A stretch of 64,000 bases of DNA from Thermoanaerobaculia bacterium (GTDB lineage Bacteria; Acidobacteriota; Thermoanaerobaculia; UBA5066). Where the stretch lies: contig JBBRRY010000007.1 in the NCBI GenBank assembly GCA_038245905.1, positions 32,001 through 96,000 of the forward strand, in the 5' to 3' direction. A program made the translations under genes and the position numbers. Shown in pieces: positions 9,276 through 18,612 of this stretch (position 1 is the first letter of the stretch; each line of letters begins with the position of its first letter). The notes beneath the pieces were generated by a model, which did no database searches, was not told where the DNA came from, and saw nothing but the letters and a program-made list of their open reading frames with translations.

Positions 9276-10217
9276 TTGACGCCCGGACACGTTCTCGTCC
9301 CGCTTCTCGCGGTGGCCGCCCTCCTGCCGTTCGCACCTCCCGCCGCGGCGCTCGTGACGGGCGTGGCCGTAGCGCTGAGTTTCGGAAATCCGTGGCTCCC
9401 CTGGACGCGGAAGCTCGCGCCCCTCCTTCTCGGCGCCTCCGTCATGGGACTCGGGGCGGCCGCCGACCTCGGCGTCGTGGCTCGCGTCGGACTCCGGGGA
9501 GTCGGCTACACGGCCGTGGGAATCTCGCTGACATTCCTCGCCGGATTTCTCCTCGCGCGCGCTTTCGGCGTCGAGGAGGACACGGCCCTTCTCGTGACGG
9601 CCGGCACCGCGATCTGCGGCGGCAGTGCGATTGCCGCGGTCGCCCCGGCCATCCGGGCGAAGTCGGAGTCGGTCTCCGTGGCGCTCGGGACGGTGTTCCT
9701 TCTCAACGCCGTGGCGCTCGTCGTCTTCCCGCCCCTCGGCCACCTCGCGGGACTAGACGAATCGCAGTTCGGTCTCTTCGCGGCGCTCGCGATTCACGAC
9801 ACGAGCTCGGTTGTCGGCGCGGCGACCGCTTACGGGCCGAAGGCCGTCGAGGTCGCTACGACGGTGAAGCTCGCCCGCGCCCTCTGGATCGTGCCGGTGG
9901 CGCTCGTCATCGGATGGGCGCGAGCGCGCCGTTCGGGGGAGCGCGGCGCCTCGGCCGCGAAACTGCCCTGGTTCCTCGCCGGGTTCGTGCTCATGGCCGC
10001 GATCGTGACGTGGTTTCCCATGCTTCGGCCCGCCGGCCTTGTCGTCGCCGACGGCGCGAAGCGCGTCCTCGTCGTCACGCTCTTCCTGATCGGCGCCTCC
10101 ATGACGCGCGACGCTCTCAAGCGCGTAGGGCTCAAGCCCATTGCCCTCGGCGTGGCGCTCTGGGTTCTCGCGGGCGGTGTCACGCTGGCGGCGTTGAAGG
10201 CCGGCTGGATCGACTGA
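9276..10217 (+). CDS. YeiH/UPF0324 putative sulfate exporter family membrane protein
   Basis: GTAICGGSAIAAVAP, AIHDTSSVVGA, ATTVKLARALWI, about 10 TM helices. Confidence 0.9.
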   Translation: MTPGHVLVPLLAVAALLPFAPPAAALVTGVAVALSFGNPWLPWTRKLAPLLLGASVMGLGAAADLGVVARVGLRGVGYTAVGISLTFLAGFLLARAFGVEEDTALLVTAGTAICGGSAIAAVAPAIRAKSESVSVALGTVFLLNAVALVVFPPLGHLAGLDESQFGLFAALAIHDTSSVVGAATAYGPKAVEVATTVKLARALWIVPVALVIGWARARRSGERGASAAKLPWFLAGFVLMAAIVTWFPMLRPAGLVVADGAKRVLVVTLFLIGASMTRDALKRVGLKPIALGVALWVLAGGVTLAALKAGWID

Positions 10218-10294
10218 GGGTCAGATCCCTCCGCCGTCGACGAGAGAGTTCTCGTACACGGGTTCCTGGGCGGGCGCTTCGCTAGACTCCGGAC

Positions 10295-12724
10295 GTGGAC
10301 ATTTCGAGCGCCCTTCGCGCCGCGCGAGACCGCGTGGCGCCCACCGTGAGCGCGATCCGGGACCGGCTCTTTCTCCTCGCGCGTGGGGGCTGGGACCGCA
10401 TGCGCCGTATCTCGCGCCCGCTGCTCTTCTTCGTCGCGGCGACCTCGGCGCTCTTGCTCGTCGCGTCGGTCGTCGTCGTCCTCTACTTTTCCCGCGTCGT
10501 CTCCCGCACGATGGACGGGAGGCGGTGGTCCCTTCCGACGCGCCTCTACTCCGACGTGTGGGCGGTGCGCGCCGGGGACACGCTCTCGGTGGACGACGTC
10601 GTGCGGCGCCTCGGGCGCCTCCGCTACGCCGAGGTCCCGAAGCCTCCGGTCGCCGCGGGGCAATACACGCTCCTGAAGGGGCGGATTCTCGTCAACCTGA
10701 ACGCGCGCGAGACCGCGTGGGGGCGGTCGCCCGGGGTCGCGGTCGAGATCGAGTTCTCGGGCCGCCGCGTCGCCGCGCTCAAGCGCGCCGACGATGGAAC
10801 GCCTTTGCCCTACGTCGTTTTCGAGCCGGAGCTCGTCGGGTCTGTCTACGACGAGAAGATGCAGGACCGCACGCTCGTCACGCTCGATCAGGTTGACCCC
10901 GTCGTGCTCGATGCGATCCTGACGACAGAGGACCGCGACTTCTTCACGCATGGCGGCATCTCGTTCCGCCGCCTCGTAGGAGCCGTCCTCCAGGGCGCGA
11001 CGCGCGGCTCCGCGGTCCGCGGAACGTCCACGCTCACCCAGCAGCTCGTGAAGAACATGTTCCTCACGCCGGAGCGGAAGTTGAAGCGCAAGGTCGTCGA
11101 GGCGCTGATGGCCGTGATCCTCGAGGCCAAGTACAGCAAGAAAGAGATCCTCGAGGCCTACCTGAACGAGATCTACCTCGGCCAGCGCGGCTCGATCTCC
11201 GTGACGGGCGTCGAGGAGGCCGCGCGGTTCTACTTCGGCAAGAGCGTTTCGAGGCTCGGCCTTCCGGAGGCCGCAATGCTTGCGGGTCTCATCTCGTCGC
11301 CCGGAAAGTACTCACCCTACCGAAATCCCGAGAACGCCCGGGTGCGGCGCGCCGTCGTCCTCAGGGGGATGCTGGAGCAAAAGAAGATCGACAAATCGGC
11401 ATACGAGGCGGCGCTCGCCGCTCCTCTCACGAAGTCGAAGGGGCCGCCGTCGGGCATCGTCGCGCCGCACTTCGTCGACTTCGTGCTCAATCAGGTGAAG
11501 GAGGCTCCCGGATTCGTGAAGGAGGACGGTCTCTCCGTGTACACGACGCTGGACCCCGACATGCAGCAGGCGGCGCAGGCGGCGGTCCTGAAGGGTCTCG
11601 AGGAGCTCGAGAAGCGCTTCAAAAGGCTGCGGCCACGGGGAGAGGAGGATGCGCTCCAGGCTGCGGTCATCGCGCTCGACCCGGCGACGGGATCGGTGCG
11701 CGCGCTCGTGGGCGGGCGCGACTATCAGGTCAGCCAGTTCAATCGCGTCGTGCAAGCCCGGCGCCAGCCCGGTTCGCTGTTCAAGCCGTTCGTGTACCTG
11801 ACGGCGTTCGGAAAGCGCGATCTCGCGAAACCCATCACCCCCGCGTCGATCTTCATCGACTCGCCGATCGCGCTCGTCTGGGGGAAGGGCGAGGACGAGA
11901 CGTGGTCTCCGAAGAACTACGACGGCGAGTTCCGCGGACCCATGACGGCGCGCCAGGCGCTCGAGCAGTCCATCAATATCCCGACGGTGCGTATCGCCGT
12001 CACCGAGACCAAGCCCGGGCGCACGCTGCTTCCGGACATCGTGGACACGGCGCGGCGCGCGGGCATCTCGTCTCCGCTCAGGCCCTATCCGTCGCTCGCG
12101 CTCGGTTCCTTCGAAACGAGCCCCATGGAGATCGCGGCGGCGTATTGCACGTTTGCGAACGGGGGGTTCCGCGTGCGCCCGAATGCGCTCCTCGGGATCG
12201 TGGGCGCTAATGCCCGGCGCATCGAGACGCAGAACGAGCCCGTTGTCCGGGGCGTCGACGCGGATGCGATCTCGATTCTCGATTCGGTCCTTCAGGGGGT
12301 CGTGGATCGCGGGACCGGCGGCTCGGCGCGCCGTCTCGGGGCGCAGGGCATCTTCGCGGGCAAGACCGGCACGACGAACGACGGACGTGACGCGTGGTTC
12401 GTCGGTTTCTCGCCGCGCCTTCTGGTCGCGGTCTGGGTCGGATTCGACGACAACCGCGGCCTGAACCTGTCCGGATCCTCGGCGGCGCTTCCGATCTTTG
12501 CTGATTTCGTGCGCCGCCTGCCGTCGCAGTATTTCGAGGTTCCGTTCCCCTCGACGCCGGGCGTCGTCACGGTGTCGATCGACCCGACGACCGGCCTGCT
12601 CGTGACCGAGGAGTGTCCGAAGTCGTTCGACGAAGTCTTTCTCGAGGGCACTCAGCCGACGGAGCGCTGCAATGCCCACGGCGGGGGAGCGCCCGGCCCC
12701 GGCGTCGCCACCGGAGCGCCGTGA
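10295..12724 (+). CDS. mrcB: Penicillin-binding protein 1B (UB2H + transglycosylase + transpeptidase)
   Basis: N-terminal TM, EDRDFFTHGG, STLTQQLVKN, RQPGSLFKP (SxxK), SIN, KTGTTND. Confidence 0.9.
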   Translation: MDISSALRAARDRVAPTVSAIRDRLFLLARGGWDRMRRISRPLLFFVAATSALLLVASVVVVLYFSRVVSRTMDGRRWSLPTRLYSDVWAVRAGDTLSVDDVVRRLGRLRYAEVPKPPVAAGQYTLLKGRILVNLNARETAWGRSPGVAVEIEFSGRRVAALKRADDGTPLPYVVFEPELVGSVYDEKMQDRTLVTLDQVDPVVLDAILTTEDRDFFTHGGISFRRLVGAVLQGATRGSAVRGTSTLTQQLVKNMFLTPERKLKRKVVEALMAVILEAKYSKKEILEAYLNEIYLGQRGSISVTGVEEAARFYFGKSVSRLGLPEAAMLAGLISSPGKYSPYRNPENARVRRAVVLRGMLEQKKIDKSAYEAALAAPLTKSKGPPSGIVAPHFVDFVLNQVKEAPGFVKEDGLSVYTTLDPDMQQAAQAAVLKGLEELEKRFKRLRPRGEEDALQAAVIALDPATGSVRALVGGRDYQVSQFNRVVQARRQPGSLFKPFVYLTAFGKRDLAKPITPASIFIDSPIALVWGKGEDETWSPKNYDGEFRGPMTARQALEQSINIPTVRIAVTETKPGRTLLPDIVDTARRAGISSPLRPYPSLALGSFETSPMEIAAAYCTFANGGFRVRPNALLGIVGANARRIETQNEPVVRGVDADAISILDSVLQGVVDRGTGGSARRLGAQGIFAGKTGTTNDGRDAWFVGFSPRLLVAVWVGFDDNRGLNLSGSSAALPIFADFVRRLPSQYFEVPFPSTPGVVTVSIDPTTGLLVTEECPKSFDEVFLEGTQPTERCNAHGGGAPGPGVATGAP

Positions 12725-13629
12725 AGCTCACGCTGCCCCCGATGGACCTCGGGCTCGTCGTCCGAAGCCACGGGTGGTACGACCTCGCCCCGTTCGAATG
12801 GGATGCGGAGAAGAAGACACTGAGAGTGATCTTCTTAGAAGGAGAAAGAGGTCGCCCCGTTCAGGTTGCGGTGCAGGAGCGCGCGAACGGGCTCGTCGCA
12901 ACGGCAACGGCGGCGGGCAAGCCCTCTTTGTCATTCAAAGAAAATCTCTCTTCGGACATTTTCCGTCGCGCCGTAGGCCGCGTTCTGGAGAGGGTCCTCG
13001 ATCTGAAAGCAAATCTTTCTTTCTTCCATTCGTCCTGCGCCGGCGATCCCCGCTTCGCGTGGATCGCCCGGCGCGGCGCGGGGCGCATCCTCCGCGCGCC
13101 GACGCTCTTCGAGGACGCGGTCAAGGTGCTCGCGACGACGAACTGCACATGGGGCTTGACGAGGCTCATGGTCCGGAACCTCGTCGAGCGCTTCGATCGG
13201 GGCGGGGCATTCCCGGACGCGACATTCGTCGCGGGACTTCCGGCGCGCGCGCTCGTCGGGGCCAAGTTCGGATACCGGGCGCCCTATCTCGCGGCTTTCG
13301 CCGGGCGCGTCGCGTCGGGGAAGCTGGACCTCGCGCGTTGGGAGGACGCCTCCCGCTCGAACGAAGACGTCGAAGGAGACATCCGCGCCGAAAAGGGCTT
13401 CGGTCCCTACGCGGCCGACACGCTAGGGCGGCTGCTCGGCCGGCATCGGAAGCTGGGGCTCGATTCGTGGTCCCGGAAGAAAGTCGCCTCCCTGAGGTTC
13501 CGCGGCCGCGCCGTGAAGGACGCGCGGGTGGAGCGCCTCTACGCGCCGTTCGGCCGGCACGCGGGGCTGGCGTTCTGGCTCGATGTGACCCGCGACTGGC
13601 ACGAGGGAAAGGAGAGCCTGTGGTCCTGA
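12721..13629 (+). CDS. HhH-type DNA glycosylase (AlkA/OGG1-like)
   Basis: SHGWYDLAPF, GAGRILRAPTLFEDAVKVLATTN, HhH-like KGFGPYAA. GTG 12721 overlaps the PBP stop. Confidence 0.75.
   Translation: MKLTLPPMDLGLVVRSHGWYDLAPFEWDAEKKTLRVIFLEGERGRPVQVAVQERANGLVATATAAGKPSLSFKENLSSDIFRRAVGRVLERVLDLKANLSFFHSSCAGDPRFAWIARRGAGRILRAPTLFEDAVKVLATTNCTWGLTRLMVRNLVERFDRGGAFPDATFVAGLPARALVGAKFGYRAPYLAAFAGRVASGKLDLARWEDASRSNEDVEGDIRAEKGFGPYAADTLGRLLGRHRKLGLDSWSRKKVASLRFRGRAVKDARVERLYAPFGRHAGLAFWLDVTRDWHEGKESLWS
12822..13020. repeat. Dispersed motif cluster 2 (convergent pair inside the glycosylase gene)
   Basis: + core TTCTTAGAA 12832-12840 followed by GGAGAAAGAGG. - core at 12934-12942 reads GAGAGATTTTCTTTGAATGACAAAGAGGG. 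Centres are 102 bp apart. A weaker - copy lies near 13003. Confidence 0.8.
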
Positions 13630-13669
13630 CGGCCGCGTCTGCGAAGATTCAAGCCTTGGGAGGCGCGGC

Positions 13670-14413
13670 GTGAAGCGGGTGATCCTCGTCGGAGCGACGG
13701 ACGGCCTCGGGAAGGCCCTCGCCGAGGTTTATGCCTCGCGCGGTTTCTGGGTGACGATTCTCGGGCGCTCGCGGCCGAAACTCGACGCCCTCGTGGCCGA
13801 CCTCCGGGGCCGGTTCCCGGTCGCGACCGTGAATGGAGTCCTGTGCGACCTCCGGGACGCCGCGCGGCTCGAGCCCGCGTTCCAGGAGGCGCTCGCCGTG
13901 ACCGGTCATTGTGACCTCTTCCTTTACAACGCCGGTGTCATGCATCACGGCGACGGCGTGACCAGCGTGCCCGAACGCGACGCCGAGATGATGGACGTGA
14001 ACGCCGTGGCGGCCGTGCGACTGCTCGGGCTCGCCGCGAACTGGTTTCGCGTTGCGGGCCGAGGTCAGATCGCGGGCATCTCTTCCATCGCGGGCGACCG
14101 CGGCCGCAAGGGAAACCCCGCGTACAACGCCTCGAAGGCGGCGCTCACGACGTATCTCGAGGGGCTTCGCAACCGCCTCGCGCCGTTCGGCGTGACCGTC
14201 TCGACCGTCAAGCCCGGCTACGTCGGAACCCGTTTGACGGCGGGGAAGCCGGGACTGTTCTGGGTCGTCTCGGCCGAGGATGCCGCCCGCATCATCGCGG
14301 ACCGGCTCGAGAAGGGGCACGAGGTCTTTTACGTTTTTCGCCGCTGGGCGCTCTTCGGCCTCGCGATGCGGCATGTCCCCCGCTTCGTTTTCAAGAGGAT
14401 CGGACCGCCGTGA
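13670..14413 (+). CDS. Short-chain dehydrogenase, DprE2-like
   Basis: GATDGLG, SSIAGDRGRKGNPAYNASKAA (YxxxK), VKPGYVGT. Confidence 0.85.
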   Translation: MKRVILVGATDGLGKALAEVYASRGFWVTILGRSRPKLDALVADLRGRFPVATVNGVLCDLRDAARLEPAFQEALAVTGHCDLFLYNAGVMHHGDGVTSVPERDAEMMDVNAVAAVRLLGLAANWFRVAGRGQIAGISSIAGDRGRKGNPAYNASKAALTTYLEGLRNRLAPFGVTVSTVKPGYVGTRLTAGKPGLFWVVSAEDAARIIADRLEKGHEVFYVFRRWALFGLAMRHVPRFVFKRIGPP

Positions 14414-15720
14414 GCGCCCTTCCCGTTCCCGAACGCGTGGAAGGCTTCGGCCTCTACAACGTCTCCGTGTCGAAGGTTTTGCGGCCATCCTCGCTCGAGG
14501 CGCTGAGGGACGCCCTCGCCGCCTGTGCGGCCCGCGGAGAGGCACCCGTGTTTCGCGGTGCGGGCCGCTCGTACGGCGACGCGTCCCTCAACCCCGCGGG
14601 GCCGGTGATCGAGATGACGGGGCTGAACGCGATCACGAGCTTCGACGAGTCGTCCGGCATCCTCCGCGCGGGCGCGGGCCTCACGCTCGGCGCGCTCTGG
14701 CAGTTCGCGATCCCTTTCGGATTCTGGCCCCCCGTCGTGACCGGCACGATGCACGTCACGCTCGGCGGCGCCGTCGCGATGAACGTGCACGGAAAGAACG
14801 GATGGAAGAAAGGCACGATCGGCGACCATGTCGAGAGCGTGTCGGTCCTTCGGAGCGACGGCCGCGTCGAGGAGATCCCGCGCGGGACGCCGGCCTTCGA
14901 CGACGCCCTCGGCAACTGGCGCCGCCCCGACCCGATCGTGGAAGTCGCCCTCAGGCTGAAGAAAGTCGGGAGCGGCTATCTCGATGTCGAAGCGTTCGCG
15001 ACCCCGCACCTTGCCGCGACGCTCGATGCGCTCGATCGCGCGAAGGACGACTGGGACTACGTCGTTGGGTGGATGGACTGCTGGGCGGCGGGGAAGGACC
15101 TCGGCCGGAGCGTCGTTCACGTCGCGAACGAGCACGCCGTGAAGCAGGGCGAATCGGGTGGATTGAGCGTGGCGGAGCAGATCGCGGATATCCACATGGG
15201 TCCGCTGCCCGCGCCCGTCCTTCTCCTCGGACTCCGGCTCACGGCGAGTAGCCCTCAGATGAGGCTCGTGAATATGGCGAAGTACGCATCGGCGCGGTTC
15301 CACGGACGTCGTCGTTATCGGCAGTCGCTCGTCGCCTACTCGTTTCTCCTCGACTACCTGCCCGGATGGAACGAAGCCTATCGACCCGGTGGCTTCATCC
15401 AGTACCAGCTTTTCGTGCCGAAAGAAGCGGCGGAGGCGACGCTGGGAAGGGCGCTGCACCTGCAGCAGGAGATGGGCGTCGTCTCGTCGCTCGCCGTGAT
15501 CAAACGCCACCGTGCCGATCCGTCTCCGCGCGGTTACGTCCTGGACGGTTTCTCGCTCGCCCTGGACTTCCCGGTCACCCGCCGGAACGCGAGCAGGCTC
15601 GTCGGGTTGTGCCGCGCGTTCGACGCGCTACTTCTCGAATGCGGGGGGCGCGCCTACAAGGCGAAGGACTGCGTCGGCAGCGTCGAGCGTCTCGCCGGAG
15701 CACGGAGAGGCCGGCCGTGA
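14410..15720 (+). CDS. FAD-binding oxidoreductase, DprE1-like
   Basis: RGAGRSYGDASLN, TLGGAVAMNVHGKN, GFIQYQLFVP, GFSLALDFP, GGRAYKAKD. Confidence 0.85.
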   Translation: MSALPVPERVEGFGLYNVSVSKVLRPSSLEALRDALAACAARGEAPVFRGAGRSYGDASLNPAGPVIEMTGLNAITSFDESSGILRAGAGLTLGALWQFAIPFGFWPPVVTGTMHVTLGGAVAMNVHGKNGWKKGTIGDHVESVSVLRSDGRVEEIPRGTPAFDDALGNWRRPDPIVEVALRLKKVGSGYLDVEAFATPHLAATLDALDRAKDDWDYVVGWMDCWAAGKDLGRSVVHVANEHAVKQGESGGLSVAEQIADIHMGPLPAPVLLLGLRLTASSPQMRLVNMAKYASARFHGRRRYRQSLVAYSFLLDYLPGWNEAYRPGGFIQYQLFVPKEAAEATLGRALHLQQEMGVVSSLAVIKRHRADPSPRGYVLDGFSLALDFPVTRRNASRLVGLCRAFDALLLECGGRAYKAKDCVGSVERLAGARRGRP

Positions 15721-16133
15721 GGGCGCTGAAACGATGGCTTTCCGTTGCCGGCCTGCTCGTGCTCGGGAGCTGCACGCAAGACAAGTCCCCCACGTCGCCG
15801 TTCTCCTGCGTCCCGCTGACGGGTCAATACGCGGGCATCTTCACGGACTCGTGCGGGCTCTCGAAAACGGCGGACGTCACGCTCTTCCAGACGGGCTGCA
15901 CGGTGGTTGCGGAGTTCCCGGGCGTGGGCACGCTGCAGGGCAACGTCGAGGGCCAGACCCTGATTTTCGCGATCGGTTTTGCCGGTTCCTCGCCGTGCGG
16001 CGGGTCGGCCAGCGGGAGCGCCGCCGTCACGTCTTCGGGCGGCCTCCTCGGAGCCTACAAGGGTCAGGCAACAGGCGCCGGCACGAGCTGCTGCGGAAGC
16101 GTCTCGGGCAGTTTCACGCTCACCCGGCGCTGA
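15717..16133 (+). CDS. Small Cys/Gly-rich lipoprotein
   Basis: GTG 15717 gives MRALKRWLSVAGLLVLGSC (lipobox), beta-rich, ends SFTLTRR. Confidence 0.7.
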   Translation: MRALKRWLSVAGLLVLGSCTQDKSPTSPFSCVPLTGQYAGIFTDSCGLSKTADVTLFQTGCTVVAEFPGVGTLQGNVEGQTLIFAIGFAGSSPCGGSASGSAAVTSSGGLLGAYKGQATGAGTSCCGSVSGSFTLTRR

Positions 16134-16713
16134 ATCCCGCGGGCCGGACCGGGTAGTCCTCCCCTCCGACGAACTGGTCGGCATCGGACGACACGATGAT
16201 CGCGACGCCGCCCTCCGCGCTGAACGTCTTGGTCTCCGTCGTCCCCGCTTCCGAGCGGCAATAGTCCCCCTCGCGGAGCGTGACTCCGTTGAGGACGACG
16301 GAGCCGGAGACGATGAAGACCTCTTCCGTGCCTCCGTGCCGATGGGAGGGATACGTGGACCCGGGCGCGAAGCGGAGAAGACGCGTCGTGTACCCGCGAG
16401 CGTCGTCCCGGTGCAGGACCTTGAAGTCGAGGCCGGGCATCGCCGCGGGCATCCACGGGACGTCGGCGACGAGGACGGCGGACACGCCCGGCAGGATGCC
16501 TCGGCCTCCCGGGGGAAGCGATGCGGAGCGCGCGAGACCCTCCGGGTCCTGGGCGATGCGGGCGAGGATGCGGTCCTTGAGATGCGGCGGGGGCGCGGCC
16601 GCCGCCGAAAGTGCGAGCGCGTCGACGACTGCGTCGCCGAACTCCCTTCGGAGCTCGGCCCACTCGCGATCGTTCGTGTCTTCGTCCAGGTGCAGGTCGT
16701 TCACGTCGTCCAT
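16120..16713 (-). CDS. ChrR-like cupin anti-sigma factor
   Basis: PPPHLKDRILARI anti-sigma segment, then cupin LLRFAPGSTYPSHRHGGTEEVFIVSG. Overlaps the end of the ECF gene. Confidence 0.8.
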   Translation of the reverse strand: MDDVNDLHLDEDTNDREWAELRREFGDAVVDALALSAAAAPPPHLKDRILARIAQDPEGLARSASLPPGGRGILPGVSAVLVADVPWMPAAMPGLDFKVLHRDDARGYTTRLLRFAPGSTYPSHRHGGTEEVFIVSGSVVLNGVTLREGDYCRSEAGTTETKTFSAEGGVAIIVSSDADQFVGGEDYPVRPAGFSAG

Positions 16714-17303
16714 CCTTCGGCCTGAGACCCGAGGGCTTGACGCAGGTGCGCGAGACCGAGCCGGATCCTCGACTTGGCGGTGCCAAGCGGCTGCGCGAGT
16801 TTCTCGGCGATCTCGGTGTGCGTGAGGCCCTCGAAATAAGCGAGCTCGATGACCTCGCGCTGTTCGGCGGGGAGGCCGAGAAGCGCGGCGCGCACCGTGG
16901 AAGCGCGCTGGGCGAGCGACGAAGACGTCTCCGGATCGGCGCCCGGCGACGCGAGGCCGCGCGCCTGCTCCAGGTCTTCTTCGTGCCGCCGGGCCCCTCC
17001 GCGGGAGCGGAGCCGGTCGATCGCGCGCGAGCGCGCGAGCATGAGAAGCCAGGCGAGGGGCTCGCCGCGGTCTGAATCGAATCGGGCCGCCTGGCGCCAC
17101 GCCTGGGTGTAGACGTCGAGGGTGACCTCCTCGGCGTCCGCGTGATTGCGCAGAACCTTGAAGCAGATGCCGAATACGAATCGGCTCGACTGGTCGTAAA
17201 GCTCCGACAGCGCCGCCGGATCCCCCGAGGAGATCCGGCGCATGAGGCCCGAATGGTCGGGCCGCTCCGCGCGAATCTCGCGCGCCCGGGGCACCAGGGT
17301 CAT
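16701..17303 (-). CDS. ECF sigma factor (RpoE/SigK-like)
   Basis: DAEEVTLDVYTQAWRQAARFD, ARSRAIDRLR, LAYFEGLTHTEIA..GTAKSRIRLGL. Confidence 0.92.
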   Translation of the reverse strand: MTLVPRAREIRAERPDHSGLMRRISSGDPAALSELYDQSSRFVFGICFKVLRNHADAEEVTLDVYTQAWRQAARFDSDRGEPLAWLLMLARSRAIDRLRSRGGARRHEEDLEQARGLASPGADPETSSSLAQRASTVRAALLGLPAEQREVIELAYFEGLTHTEIAEKLAQPLGTAKSRIRLGLAHLRQALGSQAEGWTT

Positions 17304-17383
17304 GACCGGCCTCGCATTGTGGGCGGGATTATGCCCGCCCAGGCGCTCGAGGGTGCCTGGAAGAACGCCGGCCATACGGGGTG

Positions 17384-17409
17384 TACGGGATTCGGCCGCC
17401 TTTGGATCA
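17384..17409 (-). promoter_or_regulatory. Putative autoregulatory ECF promoter TGATCC-N16-CGTA
   Basis: Minus strand reads TGATCC AAAGGCGGCCGAATCC CGTA, about 80 nt before the ECF start. It has a twin at 24286-24311. Confidence 0.65.
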
Positions 17410-17425
17410 GCTTGTCGGCCCGGGG

Positions 17426-17737
17426 CTATTCGAGATCCTTGGCCTTGATGCGGGCGGACGAGTCGTGCCCGCCGCCGACCAGGACCGTGATCGTGAGCTC
17501 GGTCTTCGCGGGCGGGGCGAAGTCGAAGACCCCCTTCGCGTTCGTGTGGCCGGTCAGGAGAACCTTGCCTTCGGCGTTCGTCACCTGGACGGGCGAATCG
17601 CCCACGGGAGCGCCGTCGCTGAAATAGGCCTCCACGTGGACCTTGCCCTTGACGACCTCCGCCCACACCGCGACGTCGTGGGCAAAGGCGGTCCCGGAGA
17701 GAGCGAGAAGAACCGCGAGGGCGACGAAGCGTCTCAT
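17426..17737 (-). CDS. Small periplasmic metal-transport accessory protein (FpvJ/CbiL-like)
   Basis: Signal peptide ending AFA-H (His at mature position 1), EAYFSDG motif, C-terminal GGGH. Confidence 0.65.
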   Translation of the reverse strand: MRRFVALAVLLALSGTAFAHDVAVWAEVVKGKVHVEAYFSDGAPVGDSPVQVTNAEGKVLLTGHTNAKGVFDFAPPAKTELTITVLVGGGHDSSARIKAKDLE

Positions 17738-18612
17738 CGTGAAGCCTCCCGGCGCCTCGGTGAGAGCGCCAGCGTGAGATAGAAGAGGGCCGTCGAGACG
17801 AGCGCGATGGCGCCGCCGGTCGGGACGGGAAGATACCCCGAGACGAGGAGGCCGCCGACGGCGGCGATCGTCGAAAGTGCGATGCTGAGGAAGAAGAACT
17901 GCCGGAGGTTCCGCGCCGCGTTCTGCGCGGCGGCGGCGGGGACGACGATCATCACGAGGACGAGAAGCGCGCCCACGAGCTTGAGCCCCGCCACGACCAC
18001 GGCCGTCGCCAGCGTGACGAATACGTATTCGAGAATGACGGGCCGCTTGCCGCGCGCCGAGGCCAGCTCGGGGCTCAGGCTCGCGAGGAGAAAGTCGTTG
18101 TAGAGGAAGGCGGCGACGGCGGCCGCGGCGAGCGCTGTGACGAGGAGGATCGCGAGGTCCGCGTCGCGGAGCGTAAGGAGGCTGCCGAAGAGCGCGCCTT
18201 CAACCTGGTGGATGTCGAAGCGCTTCGACACGAGAGCGACCATGAGGACGCCGAGTCCGAGCGTCTGCGCGAGGAAGATTCCCGTGACCGTGTCGGAAGG
18301 GATCCCGCCCCGGTGCTTCACGAACGTGACGAGAAGCGCGGACACGAGGCAGAACCCGTAGATGCCGGCCCACGTGGAGCCGGGCGGTTCGCCGAGGAGG
18401 AGACCGAGCGCCGTCCCCGTCATCGCCGCGTTGCCGATGGCCTGCACGAAGAACGACAGGCGTCGTGCGACGACGACGGTCCCGATCCCGCCGAAGAGCG
18501 GTCCGAGGAGGAGTGCGCCGAGGAGGCCGCGCACCATGAACGGATGGACGAAGACCGCCGGCAGGATTCCAGCGCGCGCCCAGCCGGCGAAGGCTTCATA
18601 GAGCGCGTCCAT
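17734..18612 (-). CDS. Metal ABC transporter permease (ZnuB/FpvE-like)
   Basis: VVARRLSFF..IGNAAMTG, LFGSLLT, VGALLV..VPAAAA. Confidence 0.9.
   Translation of the reverse strand: MDALYEAFAGWARAGILPAVFVHPFMVRGLLGALLLGPLFGGIGTVVVARRLSFFVQAIGNAAMTGTALGLLLGEPPGSTWAGIYGFCLVSALLVTFVKHRGGIPSDTVTGIFLAQTLGLGVLMVALVSKRFDIHQVEGALFGSLLTLRDADLAILLVTALAAAAVAAFLYNDFLLASLSPELASARGKRPVILEYVFVTLATAVVVAGLKLVGALLVLVMIVVPAAAAQNAARNLRQFFFLSIALSTIAAVGGLLVSGYLPVPTGGAIALVSTALFYLTLALSPRRREASR

Noticed and set aside
12822-12950. Motif pairs interpreted as MITE/IS terminal inverted repeats
   Set aside because: Spacers share no similarity between loci and encode conserved host protein sequence (e.g. the GT2 core). No target duplications or transposase were seen. 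Not fully excluded without a genome scan.
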